Positions 1 to 11,055 of a stretch of DNA of 64,000 nt are shown here, piece after piece. The position numbers and the translations under genes were made by a program. The notes below the pieces were generated by a model, which was given only the letters and a program-made list of their open reading frames with translations, had not been told where the DNA came from and searched no databases. Positions within the stretch are counted from its first letter, which is position 1; each line of letters begins with the position of its first letter. Source of the DNA: Octopus vulgaris (lineage: Eukaryota); NCBI GenBank assembly GCA_951406725.2, contig OX597820.1, positions 100,316,001 through 100,380,000 on the forward strand, given 5' to 3'.

Positions 1-515
1 TGTAGGAAACTCTGTTGGGCTACTTTGTCCCCTGATTTTTAAATCAATTACTTATTTAAGATAAACAGAAGCCTTGGGGTTTATGTGATTTTCATTCTGA
101 CAATGTAAGTAGAGTGAAATGATGCATCAGGGAGTAGCAAACAGGAGGACATGGTAAGTTTCTTAGCAGCTTGCCATACCTTACAGTACTTTTTGATAAT
201 TATAAATATAGGTGTTGCATAAGCATGTGGTGTTAGTATTAACCCTTTCATTGCCAAATTGAATTCCATGGTTATTCCAGTAATGATGTTAATACATATC
301 TACCAAAAAGTAAATTTGGTATTTTCTGCAAAAAATATTACCTCAATAAACTTGACATATTTCAACAAAAAATAGTTTCAACCATGTCATTCCTCAACAG
401 AAGATAGACTGGTATATAAAACTGCTTTCCATAGTGAAGGGTTATGAAATTTTGAGCTGATGTACATGATTTCTGCTGTAAAAGGGTTAAAGTAAAGACA
501 GATAGAGGGTATTAA

Positions 516-736
516 CCCTTTCGTTACTGTATTTATTTTGAGATGCTCTGTGTTTCTTCCAATTATTTTAAATATAAGAAAGAATTTAGTAAAATAACAT
601 CGTTATCATTGAGCTAGTGTTAGGAACATAAATTGTGACTAAAATTTGGTGGAAATTTTGAATTCAAAACTTATGAAAACAAGACATTTATACTAAAGAG
701 CCAGAGCCGGTTTCAGCCGGGTTGGTAACGAAAGGG
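516..736. mobile_element. piggyBac-type MITE
   Basis: TTAA-CCCTTTCGTTAC...GTAACGAAAGGG-TTAA; related elements at ~243-486, 16882-17099, 24421-24642, 41087-41309. Confidence 0.85.
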
Positions 737-1663
737 TTAAAGATGTGTATCTGTGTTAATTGAGGACAGAATATTGAGACACAAACTCTAATTGTCATCT
801 TTCTATCCACCCTCATAATACCACCATTTTACTGAATTTTCAAGATCTTATTTGAAACATGAGATGGCTGAAGGAATAGAGATGTTGTCTACTTTATTGC
901 CATAAATGTTTACTGGATGTAGAATCTTATAAAAACAATGATCAGTAAGTACATGGTTTCACACTTAGATTTTTGTTCATTGAAAGACTCTGGGCAACAG
1001 TTGCTGTTAAAGTGTAATAACTGGCCACGTGAAAATATATTACCTTAAACTGTAATTAACACATTTACCTGTAACTGTAAGTTGTGTTGTATTGATTATT
1101 TGACAGCTTACAGTAAACTGCACAAGGTGAGCTAAACTTAAACCAGTCAAGATTATCTAAGTGATTTTCATGTAAACATATGTACATCAGTGTGTGTGAT
1201 TGTCAACTATACAATCGTGAATGCAACATGCTAACCACTTGCTCATTGGCCTCAACATATATATACATAAACATGTGTGTATGTATGTATGTTTATGTAT
1301 ATATATGTTGAGGCCAATGACCAAGCGGTTAGCATGTTGCATTCACGATTGTAAGGTCATAGTTTCAATCCTAGATTGGGTGGTGCATTGTGTTCTTGAG
1401 CAAAACACTTCATCTCGTGTTGCTCTGCAGTCGCTTTGATGCCTAACATATGGATGCACCATTCACCTGTTCAGGAAGTGTTGATTCGAATTGAGGGCAT
1501 GGTCACTATAAGCAAATCATTTGTGCAGGTCATTGAGTGAAAAACTGCTGATTCATTTTACTCAGACTACAAAAGACAACCGTCATAATTCATGCGTGTG
1601 AGTGTATATATATAATATTATCTAAGTGATTTTCATGTAAACATATGTACATCAGTGTGTGTG

Positions 1664-2113
1664 TGTGCCGGTGGCACGTAAAAAGCACCACCCGATCGTG
1701 TCTGTTGCCAGCACCGCCCCGACTGGCCTCCGTGCCGGTGGCACGTAAAAAGCACTACCCGACCGTGTCCGTTGCCAGCACCGCCTCGACTGGCCTCCGT
1801 GCCAGTGGCACATAAAAAGCACCATCCGATCGTGGCCGTTGCCAGCCTTGCCTGGTCCCCGTGCCGGTGGCACGTAAAAAGCCGTTTGCCAGCCGTTTGC
1901 CAGCCCCATCTGGCACCTGTGCAGATGGCACGTAAAAAGCACCCACTACACTCACGGAGTGGTTGGCGTTAGGAAGGGCATCCAGCCATAGAAACACTGC
2001 CAGATCAGACTGGGCCTGGTGCAGCCTTCAGGCTTCCCAGACCCCAGTTGAACCATCCAACCCATGCTAGCATGGAAAGCAGCCGCTAAATGATGATGAT
2101 GATGATGATGATG
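1664..2113 (+). mobile_element. (GAT)n-tailed interspersed repeat with internal ~60-bp hairpin array (also 8976-9617, 31044-31362 +; 2561-2811, 25957-26333, 41340-41501, 48243-48497, 51222-51590, 62292-62570 -)
   Basis: Units GTGCCGGTGGCACGTAAAAAGCACC..., followed by conserved TTGGCGTTAGGAAGGGCATCCAGC...CATGGAAAGCGGACGTTAAAC(GAT)n. Confidence 0.88.
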
Positions 2114-2116
2114 ATA

Positions 2117-2500
2117 GACGCAGGAGTGGCTGTGTGGTAAGTAGCTTGCTAACCAACCACATGGTTCCGGGTTCAGTCCCACTGCGTGGCATCTTGGGCA
2201 AATGTCTTCTGCTATAGCCCCGGGCCGACCAATGCCTTGTGAGTGGATTTGGTAGACAGAAACTGAAAGAAGCCTGTCATATATATGTGTGTTTGTGTGT
2301 CTGTGTTTGTCCGCGCCTAGCATTGCTTGACAACCGATGCTGGTGCGTTTATGTCCCTGTCACTTAGCGGTTCAGCAGAAGAGACCAATAGAATAAGTTC
2401 TGGGCTTACAAAGAATAAGTCCTGGGGTCGATTTGCTTGACTAAAGGCGGTGCTCCAGCATGGCCACAGTCAAATGACAAACAAGTAAAAGAGTTAAAAG
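2117..2500 (+). mobile_element. tRNA-derived SINE family A (also 7848-8246, 8361-8782, 18062-18480, 29521-29915 and many fragments)
   Basis: A-box TGGCTGTGTGG, B-box GGTTCAGTCCC, TTGGGCAAGT core, internal (TA)/(TG) tract, AAAGAG tail; near-identical copies. Confidence 0.9.
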
Positions 2501-2509
2501 AGAGAGAGA

Positions 2510-2553
<44 letters not shown>

Positions 2554-3021
2554 ATATATATCATCATCATCATCATCATCGTTTAACGTCCGTTCTCCAT
2601 GCTAGCATGGGTTGGACGGTTCGACCGGGGATCTGGGAAGCCAGAAGGCTGCACCTGGCCCCAGTCTTATCTGGCAATGTTTCTACAGCTGGAAGCCCTT
2701 CCTAACGCCAACCACTCCATGAGTGTAGTGGGTGCTTTTTACGTGCCACCTGCACAGGTGCCAGGCGAGGCTGGCAATGGCCACGGTCGGATTGGTGTAT
2801 TTATGTACCACCATATATATATGTATATATATATATGAGGGGTGCTGAACAGTTTCTGGTTCTGGGTAAAAGAAAATACAAGAGGGTCAGTTAATTATAA
2901 TTTCATTCAACTTATTCCTCTGCAAAAGTACTCGGAAGGTTGGTCCTCCAGCCAGGCCTTTCTAAATACCCTTAAAGTCAGGAACTTTTCAGCAGTCCCT
3001 TGTATGTATAATATATACTAC

Positions 3022-3061
<40 letters not shown>

Positions 3062-3088
3062 TCTTTATAAAATTTATGTGTATGTATG

Positions 3089-3149
<61 letters not shown>

Positions 3150-3359
3150 TCATCATCATTTAGAATCCGCTTTCCATGCTAGCATGGGTTGGACATATAT
3201 ATATATAAATTAGAAAAAAACCACCTTTTATCAATTCAATAATGAAAAATTAAATTATACCATCTAGAAAATTACATATTATAGAAAGATTAATACATGG
3301 ACTGTCAGTGATTTTTTTTTACCTCCTTCTTCCTTTTCCTTTGAACTTTCCTAAGTTAC

Positions 3360-3398
3360 CTGTTTCCAAAGAAGAGCTATGCTCTAAACATAAAACAG
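3360..3398 (+). ncRNA. Decayed hammerhead remnant
   Basis: CTGTTT-CCAAAGA-A-GAGC-tat-GCTC-TAAAC-ATA-AAACAG; stems intact, core mutated. Confidence 0.3.
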
Positions 3399-3514
3399 CC
3401 ACTCTTTTCCTTCTCCGAGTGTCTTATTACTACTTTTAATACTTTACATATGTTACGTTCTCATGTTGTTTTTTCTTGTCTTTTCTCCATTTTTTTGGGG
3501 TGGGGGGGTTAATC

Positions 3515-3554
<40 letters not shown>

Positions 3555-3581
3555 AAATAAAAACATGATGCCAAGGATTCA

Positions 3582-3659
3582 GCGGTACATATGTTTCGGG
3601 CCTTTATTAGACGGATTTATAACAATGCATAATGTGTGTCTATGGCCTTCTTCAGCCGC
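3582..3659 (-). ncRNA. Type I hammerhead ribozyme motif (PLE-type)
   Basis: Minus strand: GCGG-CTGAAGA-A-GGCCATAGAC...GTCTAATAAAGGCC-C-GAAAC-ATAT-GTA-CCGC; stem I GCGG/CCGC, palindromic stem III ACATATGT. Confidence 0.75.
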
Positions 3660-4730
3660 GCACAATTACTACTTCAAGGACATGTATTATATCAAAAATT
3701 CTACATTGGGGATGCAAATCCTCTCAGTCGCGTACGACATAATGTGGTACCAGCACAAAAATGAAGCATCCATCCCGTCTTTCTCTCAATGTAGAATGAG
3801 GAAGTTTGGATGTTGAGGTAATATAAATAAATGAATATATATATATAAATACACACAGACGTGAAGGAACCTGGTAATAAGAGTAAATAGGGATAAAGAT
3901 AGAGGGGCGAGAATTAAGGACGAAAGATAAAAAAATAGAAATATAGAAATATAAAATATAAAAATATAAAGAAATATAAAAAAAGTATAAATGAATATAA
4001 AGATATAAAAAATATAAAAAAGTATCAAAAATATAAAAGGATATAAGAATATAAAAATATAAAAGAATATAAGGATAAGGGATATAAAGTGGTTACGAAC
4101 TAACATGGTGGTCAGGAAGATGACATATTCTGGTTGTAGAAGCCTAAGCAGTGGGTGTCATAAATCAACTGGGACGTCTGGGGACCCAGTATATTGTAGA
4201 TTAGGGTTGTCTGGTTTGTGGTTAAACCGCTTATCTATTTCCTCGTAAATTGTCTAGTGGTCAACATGTACATACGTACACGTATGGATACATATACACA
4301 TATACGCACGCATACACAACGGCATGCATACAAGCATACATATGTACTCTCGTGTAAAAATATACAGATACATACGGGAAAAGGCACATGTAGTTGGGTA
4401 CACGAACTGACGCGCATACGTACGTATATACATACACGCACATGCGCACATACAGGCACACTCGCACTTACACTCATTCACAAAACGAAGTGAATCTCTA
4501 TGCATATGGGCAAAAATATGCATACACCCACACTCACGCCCACACCCACACACATGGGGGAGTAGATCCCTATGCATATACACAAAAATATGCATATGCA
4601 CAGACACAGGTATAACAAGTAGATCCATTCTCGCACACAGGCAAGATACAGAATTATAGTGGGTACAAAAGGTAAACATGAAAGTAAGAAACCTGAGGGT
4701 AAGAAAGTATAACAGAATATATATATATGC

Positions 4731-4802
<72 letters not shown>

Positions 4803-4880
4803 AGATTAGCTCGTATACGAGTGGGTATATATTTGTAAAAAATGAAGTTTGAAAATGCTGCTATATTAGACAAATTTTAA

Positions 4881-4960
4881 TTTTTATATATACATTATTT
4901 ATTTAACATGTTTCGGTTCTTGAAATGACAAACCTTATCAAAAAAAATTATATATAAAAA
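4881..4960 (-). ncRNA. Minimal hammerhead-like motif, U3-A8 core variant
   Basis: Minus strand: TTGATAA-GGTTT...GAACC-GAAAC-AT-GTT; distal stem I TTTTTATATATA/TATATATAAAAA; downstream of the PLE ORF on the same strand. Confidence 0.6.
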
Positions 4961-5279
4961 AGATAGTTCATGCTATCAAATATAAAAAATTCATATATAA
5001 TATTCAATAGAGTCAGACATAAAAAATTCATATATAGTGAAGCGAGTGCATGCTATATGTTTAAAGACTATGATGTAGTAGTTCATAATGGTGATATGCA
5101 TTCAATATAAAAAATTCATGTTCTTGAAAAAGCGAGGAATTCATTTTAGATTTTACCTTGTGTTCCAATGGGAACAACTGTAATGACTTTTGGTTGGTGT
5201 CTGTTCGTATAGTTTTGGTGAATCTTGTGAATTGTTTGGGTTTTATATCAGTTCAGCTTAGCTGTCTCACTTGCATTTT

Positions 5280-5800
5280 TCACTGACGTCATATAGTTCC
5301 CAACCAATCAAAACTCAGTCTCAACGAATATATCCTGTTAGGAAACCAACCAAGCAGAACGACAGTTTGGCCACGGAAGAAATATGTCATCCTTGTTTTT
5401 GACGGATTGAAATTAGATCTGATCCATGACTGTATCCTGTTAGGTGGCTAGTCCAGCAGAACGAGACGTCATCAATGTTTTGACCAATCATCTCGTTAGG
5501 TGGCTAGTCCAGCAGAACGGGACGTCATCATTGTTTTGACCAATCATCCCGTTAGGTGGCTAGTCCAGCAGAACGAGATGTCATCAATGTTTTGACCAAT
5601 CAGAATCGGGTCTGACCTATAGCTGTATTAGATCTGACCCATGACTGTATCCTGTTAGGTGGCTAGTCCAGCGGAACGAGACGTCATCAATGTTTTGACC
5701 AATCAGAATCGGGTCTGACCCTTAGCTGTATCGTATGTGGAAACCGACCAAGCAGGGTGACAATAGCTTGCCCACTGAGGTAATACGTCATCAGTTTCTT
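5280..5800. repeat. Tandem ~55-bp units (GTTAGGTGGCTAGTCCAGCAGAACGAGACGTCATCAATGTTTTGACCAATCA) in the PLE 3' region, with CRE-like GACGTCA and CCAAT motifs
   Basis: About four near-identical copies at 5440-5705 plus degenerate flanking copies. Confidence 0.8.
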
Positions 5801-5948
5801 GACGAATCCAGATTAGATCTGCTCGTAGAGATCTTTTTATAAATTTTTTTCTTTCCCTAAGACATATTTCTGTCAGTGTGAGTGACTGTTTAAGGCAGCG
5901 GCCGTGGTAGAATTTTGCTTCCCCTTTTCGGAGGACCAATCTTTTGTT

Positions 5949-7030
5949 TTAATATTCCTGGCCCAGGGTGTTCAAACTTGGTTTAAATTTTTTGATGAAA
6001 TACAGTTCTTTATTTTGGCGTTGCGTGAAGGTTACGCTGTCACTGAATTTATAAAGCGGGTAAGTTGTAAATTTCGGATTTACATTTCCAGCACATCTAT
6101 CTATGTGTCCGCTGACCTGGTATTTTCCGGTATTCAGGGTTTCTAATTTGTGATTTATGCACCGCCATCCTGTTACGTAAGCTATTTTTTGTATGGCCTA
6201 TATACTGCCTATTGCAGCCTGCGCATGTTAAGACGTAAATTAAGATTTCTGATGCGCAGGTGAAGTTTGCTCTAATGGTGAACTGATGGCCTTGTTCTAG
6301 TATAAATTCTGAACCTTCTATCAAGATGACACAGATTCCGCAGTTGGGCCTTCCACATTTTCTAACTGCTGGTTTTGTGGTTGATGTTGAGTGCAGTTTA
6401 GCTTGGGTTAAAATCCTTTTCAAGGATTTTGGTTGCCGTTTACTTTTAATGATGGTGTGTGTTTCGAGGATCCGGTTCATCTTTGGGTCTCCCTTTAGTA
6501 GGGCTGTGCTTTGTAGTATGGTGCTGAAGGCCTCATTGTTGAGAGGGTTGTGTGTAGAGATGTAGGGAAGGGTTTTTAATTGTTCTTTCTTTTTTGGTTT
6601 TGTTTGTCTCAGGTCTTCTATACTTAATTTGAGTGCCCTTTGGATTGCACTGTCTATTAGGGGCTGTGGATAGTTTCTATTTGTGAGTGTGGTTCTAAGT
6701 TCCTGGAGACGTGTGTGTCGGGTGTTTGTGTCTGATATTATGGTGCAGATCCTTCTAGCTAAACAAAAAGGGACATTTATTCTAGTGTGTCGTGGGTGGC
6801 ATGAATCAAAGGGTAGGTATTGTTTGGAGTCTGTCGGTTTATAGTAGATATCTGTCTCTATTTTGTTGCTGGTTTTCTTAATGAGGATGTCTAAAAATGG
6901 TAATTCTTCTTCGTTATGATCCATCGTGAATTGTATATTATCATTTATTCCATTTAATAGTATTTTAAATTCCTCAAGTTTCTCTATACTTTTGTCCCAG
7001 ATGATGAAACAGTCATCGAGGTATCTTTAC
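5949..7030 (-). mobile_element. Penelope-like retroelement, 5'-truncated ORF (RT C-terminus, Cys-rich linker, GIY-YIG endonuclease), frameshifted near 6110
   Basis: RYLDDCFIIW; LPFLDILI; YYKPT..QYL.F.S.HP; CGRPNCGIC; IYVLTC..C..QYIGHT...L..R...H; ends ELYFIKKFKPSLN. Confidence 0.93.
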
Positions 7031-7072
7031 CAGTTGTTCGGGTTTCCTATATGGGTGGTGAAGGTGCTTGTT

Positions 7073-7236
7073 CAAGTCTAACGTAACATCTAAGAAGTTT
7101 ACTATTTTCGTGTTAGTCATAAATTCTAGTTTTAGATTGAAGGATTTGAAATCCTTCAATCAAATCCTTCAATCTAAAACTAGAATTTATGACTAACACG
7201 AAAATAGTAAACTTCTAAGACGTTACGTTAGACTTG
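7073..7236. repeat. Near-perfect palindrome, ~77-bp arms, ~10-nt loop
   Basis: CAAGTCTAACGTAAC...GAAGGATTTGA / TCAAATCCTTC...GTTACGTTAGACTTG, about 2 mismatches. Confidence 0.92.
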
Positions 7237-7592
7237 CACCACCACCACCATCATCACCACCACCACCACCACCATCACCACCACCACCACCATCACCACC
7301 ACCATCACCACCACCATCACCACCACCACCATCACCACCACCACCACCATCATCACCACCACCACCATCACCACCACCATCATCACCACCACCACCACCA
7401 CCACCATCATCACCACCACCACCACCATCACCACCACCACCACCACCACCACCACCACCACCATCATCACCACCACCACCACCATCATCACCACTACCAC
7501 CACAAACACCACCGCTACAACAACCACAACTACCACAACCACCACATCCATTATCACTACAACCACCGCTACCACCATTACAGCAACAACAA
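7237..7592. repeat. (CAC/CAT)n trinucleotide microsatellite
   Basis: Direct reading; source of the spurious poly-His, poly-Gly and poly-Val ORFs. Confidence 0.95.
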
Positions 7593-8900
7593 CATCTATT
7601 TCTCTGTTTGCATGGGTCAAACAAAACTTGTTGATACAAATTTTCTACATCATGATGCTCTTCCTGTTAACAAGCCTCACCTGTTCCCAAGCAAAGGAAT
7701 ATTTCTCCTCATTCTTCAAACATGAGTAGTTCAATAAATGAACACATTTTCACAGAATATTGCAAACAAATGACACAGTTTTTGTATGAACAGTAGCATT
7801 ATTTACCAGTAGTATGCAAATGTCAAAAGCAAAACAAAGAAACATATCAGGAGTGGCTGTGTGGTAAGTAGCTTGCTAACCAACAACATGGTTCCGGGTT
7901 CAGTCCCTCTGCGTGGCATCTTGGGCAAGTGTCTTCTGCTATAGCCCCAGGCCAACCAATGCCTTGTGAGTGGATTTGGTAGACGGAAACTGAAAGAAGC
8001 CCGTCGTACATATGTATATATATATATGTGTGTGCATGTATGTTTGTGTGTCTGTGTTTGTCCCCCTAACATTGCTTGACAACCGATGCTGGTGTGTTTA
8101 CTTCCCCATTACTTAGTGGTTCGGCAGAAGAGACCAATAGAATAAGTAGTGGGCTTACAAAGAATAAGTCCCGGGGTCGATTTGCTCGACTGAAGGCGGT
8201 GCTCCAGCATGGCCGCAGTCAAATGACTGAAACAAGTAAAAGAGAGTATATCTGTAATTGTGTGTGTGTGTGCGTGTGAGTGAATGTATACACACACACA
8301 CACACACTCACAACAAACACATCAGCCTTCTTACTTTTTACATCTACCAAATTCACTCACAGGCACAGGAGTGGCTGTGTGGTAATTAGCTTGCTTACCA
8401 ACCGCATGGTTCCGGGTTCAGTCCCACTGCATGGTACCTTGGTGGGGTGGGGGCAAATGTCTTCTACTATAGCTCTATAGCCTCAGGCCAACCAAAGCCT
8501 TATGAGTGAATTTGGTAGATGGAAACTGAAAAAAGCCCGTTGTATGCATATGTGTGTGTATGTGTGTGTGTGTGCGTGTGTGTGTGCGTGTTTGTTCCCA
8601 CATCACTTGACAACCGATGCTGGTGTGTTTACGTCCCCGTAACTTAGCAGTTCAGCAAAAGAGGCTGATAGAAAAAGTACTAGGCTTACAAAGAATAAGT
8701 CCTGGGGTCAACTTTCTTGACCAAAGGCACTGTTCCAGCATGGCCACAGTCAAATGACTGAAACAAGTAACAGAATAAAAGAATACCTTTGTTCAGTTCA
8801 AGGCTACAGTAGAAGACACGTGCCCAAGGTTTCACACAGTATGAACCTGAAACAGTGTTACGAAGCCAGCCTCTTAACCACATATGTATATATATATATG

Positions 8901-8977
<77 letters not shown>

Positions 8978-9614
8978 CTGGCTTAAAAAGCACCAACCGA
9001 TCGTGGGATCTGGCTTCTGTGCCGGTGGCACATAAAAAGCAACGCCCGAACGTGGCCGATGCCAGCACCGCCCCGACTGGCTTAAAAAGCACCAACCGAT
9101 CGTGGGATCCCGGAACATCTCGCTGTGCGCTGTGCTTGAGGAGACCTGTTCAGTCAAGTGCATGTGCATGTACATGAACATCGAACCAAATATCAATGGA
9201 AACAGTAGTAGCTGTGATACCTGTGCCGGTGACACATAAAAAGCACCATCTGAATGTGGCCGTCGCCAGTGCAGCCTCCACCTGTGCCGGTAGCACATAA
9301 AAAGCAACATCCGAACATGACCGATGCCAGCACGGCCTTGACTGGCTTCTGTGCCGGTAGCACAAAAAAAAAAAAAAAAAAAAAAAGCACCAACCGATCG
9401 TGGCCGATGCCAGACCCCTCTGGCACCTGTGCAGGTGGCACGTAAAAAGCACCCACTACACTCGCGGAGTGGTTGGCGTTAGGAAGGGCATCCAGCTGTA
9501 GAAACACTGCCAGATCAGACTGGAGCCTGGGGCATCCCCTGGCTCCCCAGACCCCGGTCGAACCGTCCAACCCGTGCTAGCGCGGAAACGGACGTTAAAC
9601 GATGATGATGATGA

Positions 9615-9660
<46 letters not shown>

Positions 9661-10212
9661 GTATATACACATATGCATAAATAAGAATTCATATGCATAC
9701 ATGCACACACGTGCACACATATACATAAAGATAGATAGACAGACAGACAGACAGACATTTCATGAAGAGACACACGTGAATACATACACACAATCACTTG
9801 AGAAGATTATACAATAATAAATATAAGTATGTTAGGAATTAGAATTAAAACTAAATGTTTGGCAGGTGCATGAGGATTTAGGCAGTAAAAAGGGAATGGC
9901 AGGATTAACTCAGTTAAGTAGAGGAAGAAAAGTGAAAGTGCTGGTGGGAGCTGGAAATTAAGACAGCATCAGTGTCGGGGATGTTGAGCTATTTACAAAA
10001 TATGTCTGTCTAAGAGAGTATAGTGCAATAGTTATTTATTTGTATATGTAAAATGTCTAAAGGTTTTAGATGGTGTTAGTAAAAGGATATTGTTCTTTGA
10101 GAGGAATTGGTGGATGTGTTCTTAGACTTTAATCATTTCAGTTCAGTTTTTGTATGCTAGTATGGATTAAATGAAAGGGCATTGTTTTACAGCTGGATGC
10201 TCTTCTTGTCGC

Positions 10213-10246
<34 letters not shown>

Positions 10247-10247
<1 letters not shown>

Positions 10248-10640
10248 GATGGAAATGGAAGCACTCCGTCGGTTCTGACGACGAGGGTTCCGGTTGATCC
10301 GATCAACGGAACAGCCTGCTCGTGGAATTAACGTGCAAGTGGCTGAGCACTCCACAGACACGTGTACCCTTAACGTAGTTCTCGGGGATATTCAGCGTGA
10401 CACAGAGAGTGACAAGGCTGGCCCCTTGAAATACAAGTACAACAGAAACAGGAAGTGAGAGTGAGAGAAAGTTGTGGTGAAAGAGTACAGCAGGGATCAC
10501 CACCACCCCCTGCCGGAGCCTTGTGGAGCTTTTAGGTGTTTTCGCTCAATAAACACTCACAACGCCCGGTCTGGGAATCGAAACCGCGATCCTACGACCG
10601 CAAGTCCGCTGCCCTAACCACTGGGCCATTGCACCTCCAC

Positions 10641-10641
<1 letters not shown>
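10247..10641 (-). mobile_element. tRNA-derived SINE family B, flanked by (TAA)n
   Basis: Minus-strand head TGGCCCAGTGGTTAGGGC...GGTTTCGATTCCC. Confidence 0.8.
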
Positions 10642-10689
<48 letters not shown>

Positions 10690-11055
10690 CATGAAATCAT
10701 TGTATAGAGTGCTCAGGTGCACCTAACTTGTCAAAAGTACGTATAAAGCATATGCAGTAATGTACAAGTGCTTGGAAAGTGAACAGTGTATGAGTCAGAT
10801 ACATGTTTGCGTGTGTATGGAGGGGAGAAAATCAGGTGTAGTGTTGGCGAATCTCAGGAAGCATGGAAGTTTTAAAGGATGCAGTGCTCCGACAACTAAC
10901 AACTGATGCCAGCAGTTTGTTCCGTACTTCAGCAACTCTTAGTGTGAAAAAAATGTTTCCGAAAGTCATGGGAGCTGTGCTGTTTTCTGACTTTGTAATC
11001 ATGTCCATGGGTGTTAGACAGGTGGAGTTTGAAAAGGTGCTCAGAGTTATTATTA
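10690..11055 (-). mobile_element. CR1-like LINE 3' end, same family as 47150-47820
   Basis: Reverse complement matches CAGCACAGCTCCCATGACTTTCGGAAACATTTTTTCAC...; (TTA)n tail. Confidence 0.75.

Noticed and set aside
1664-1945. CRISPR-like appearance (palindromic repeat plus spacers), also at 8976-9450
   Set aside because: Spacers are homologous to one another, the array is part of a dispersed eukaryotic repeat, and there are no cas genes
2842-4873. YIYI/THTH/CVCV-rich ORFs here and throughout the window
   Set aside because: Microsatellite and SINE translations
7223-7725. Poly-His, poly-Gly and poly-Val ORFs
   Set aside because: Translations of a (CAC/CAT)n microsatellite; no splice or other coding support
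10560-10641. tRNA gene
   Set aside because: A and B boxes are present but belong to a SINE head; no complete cloverleaf
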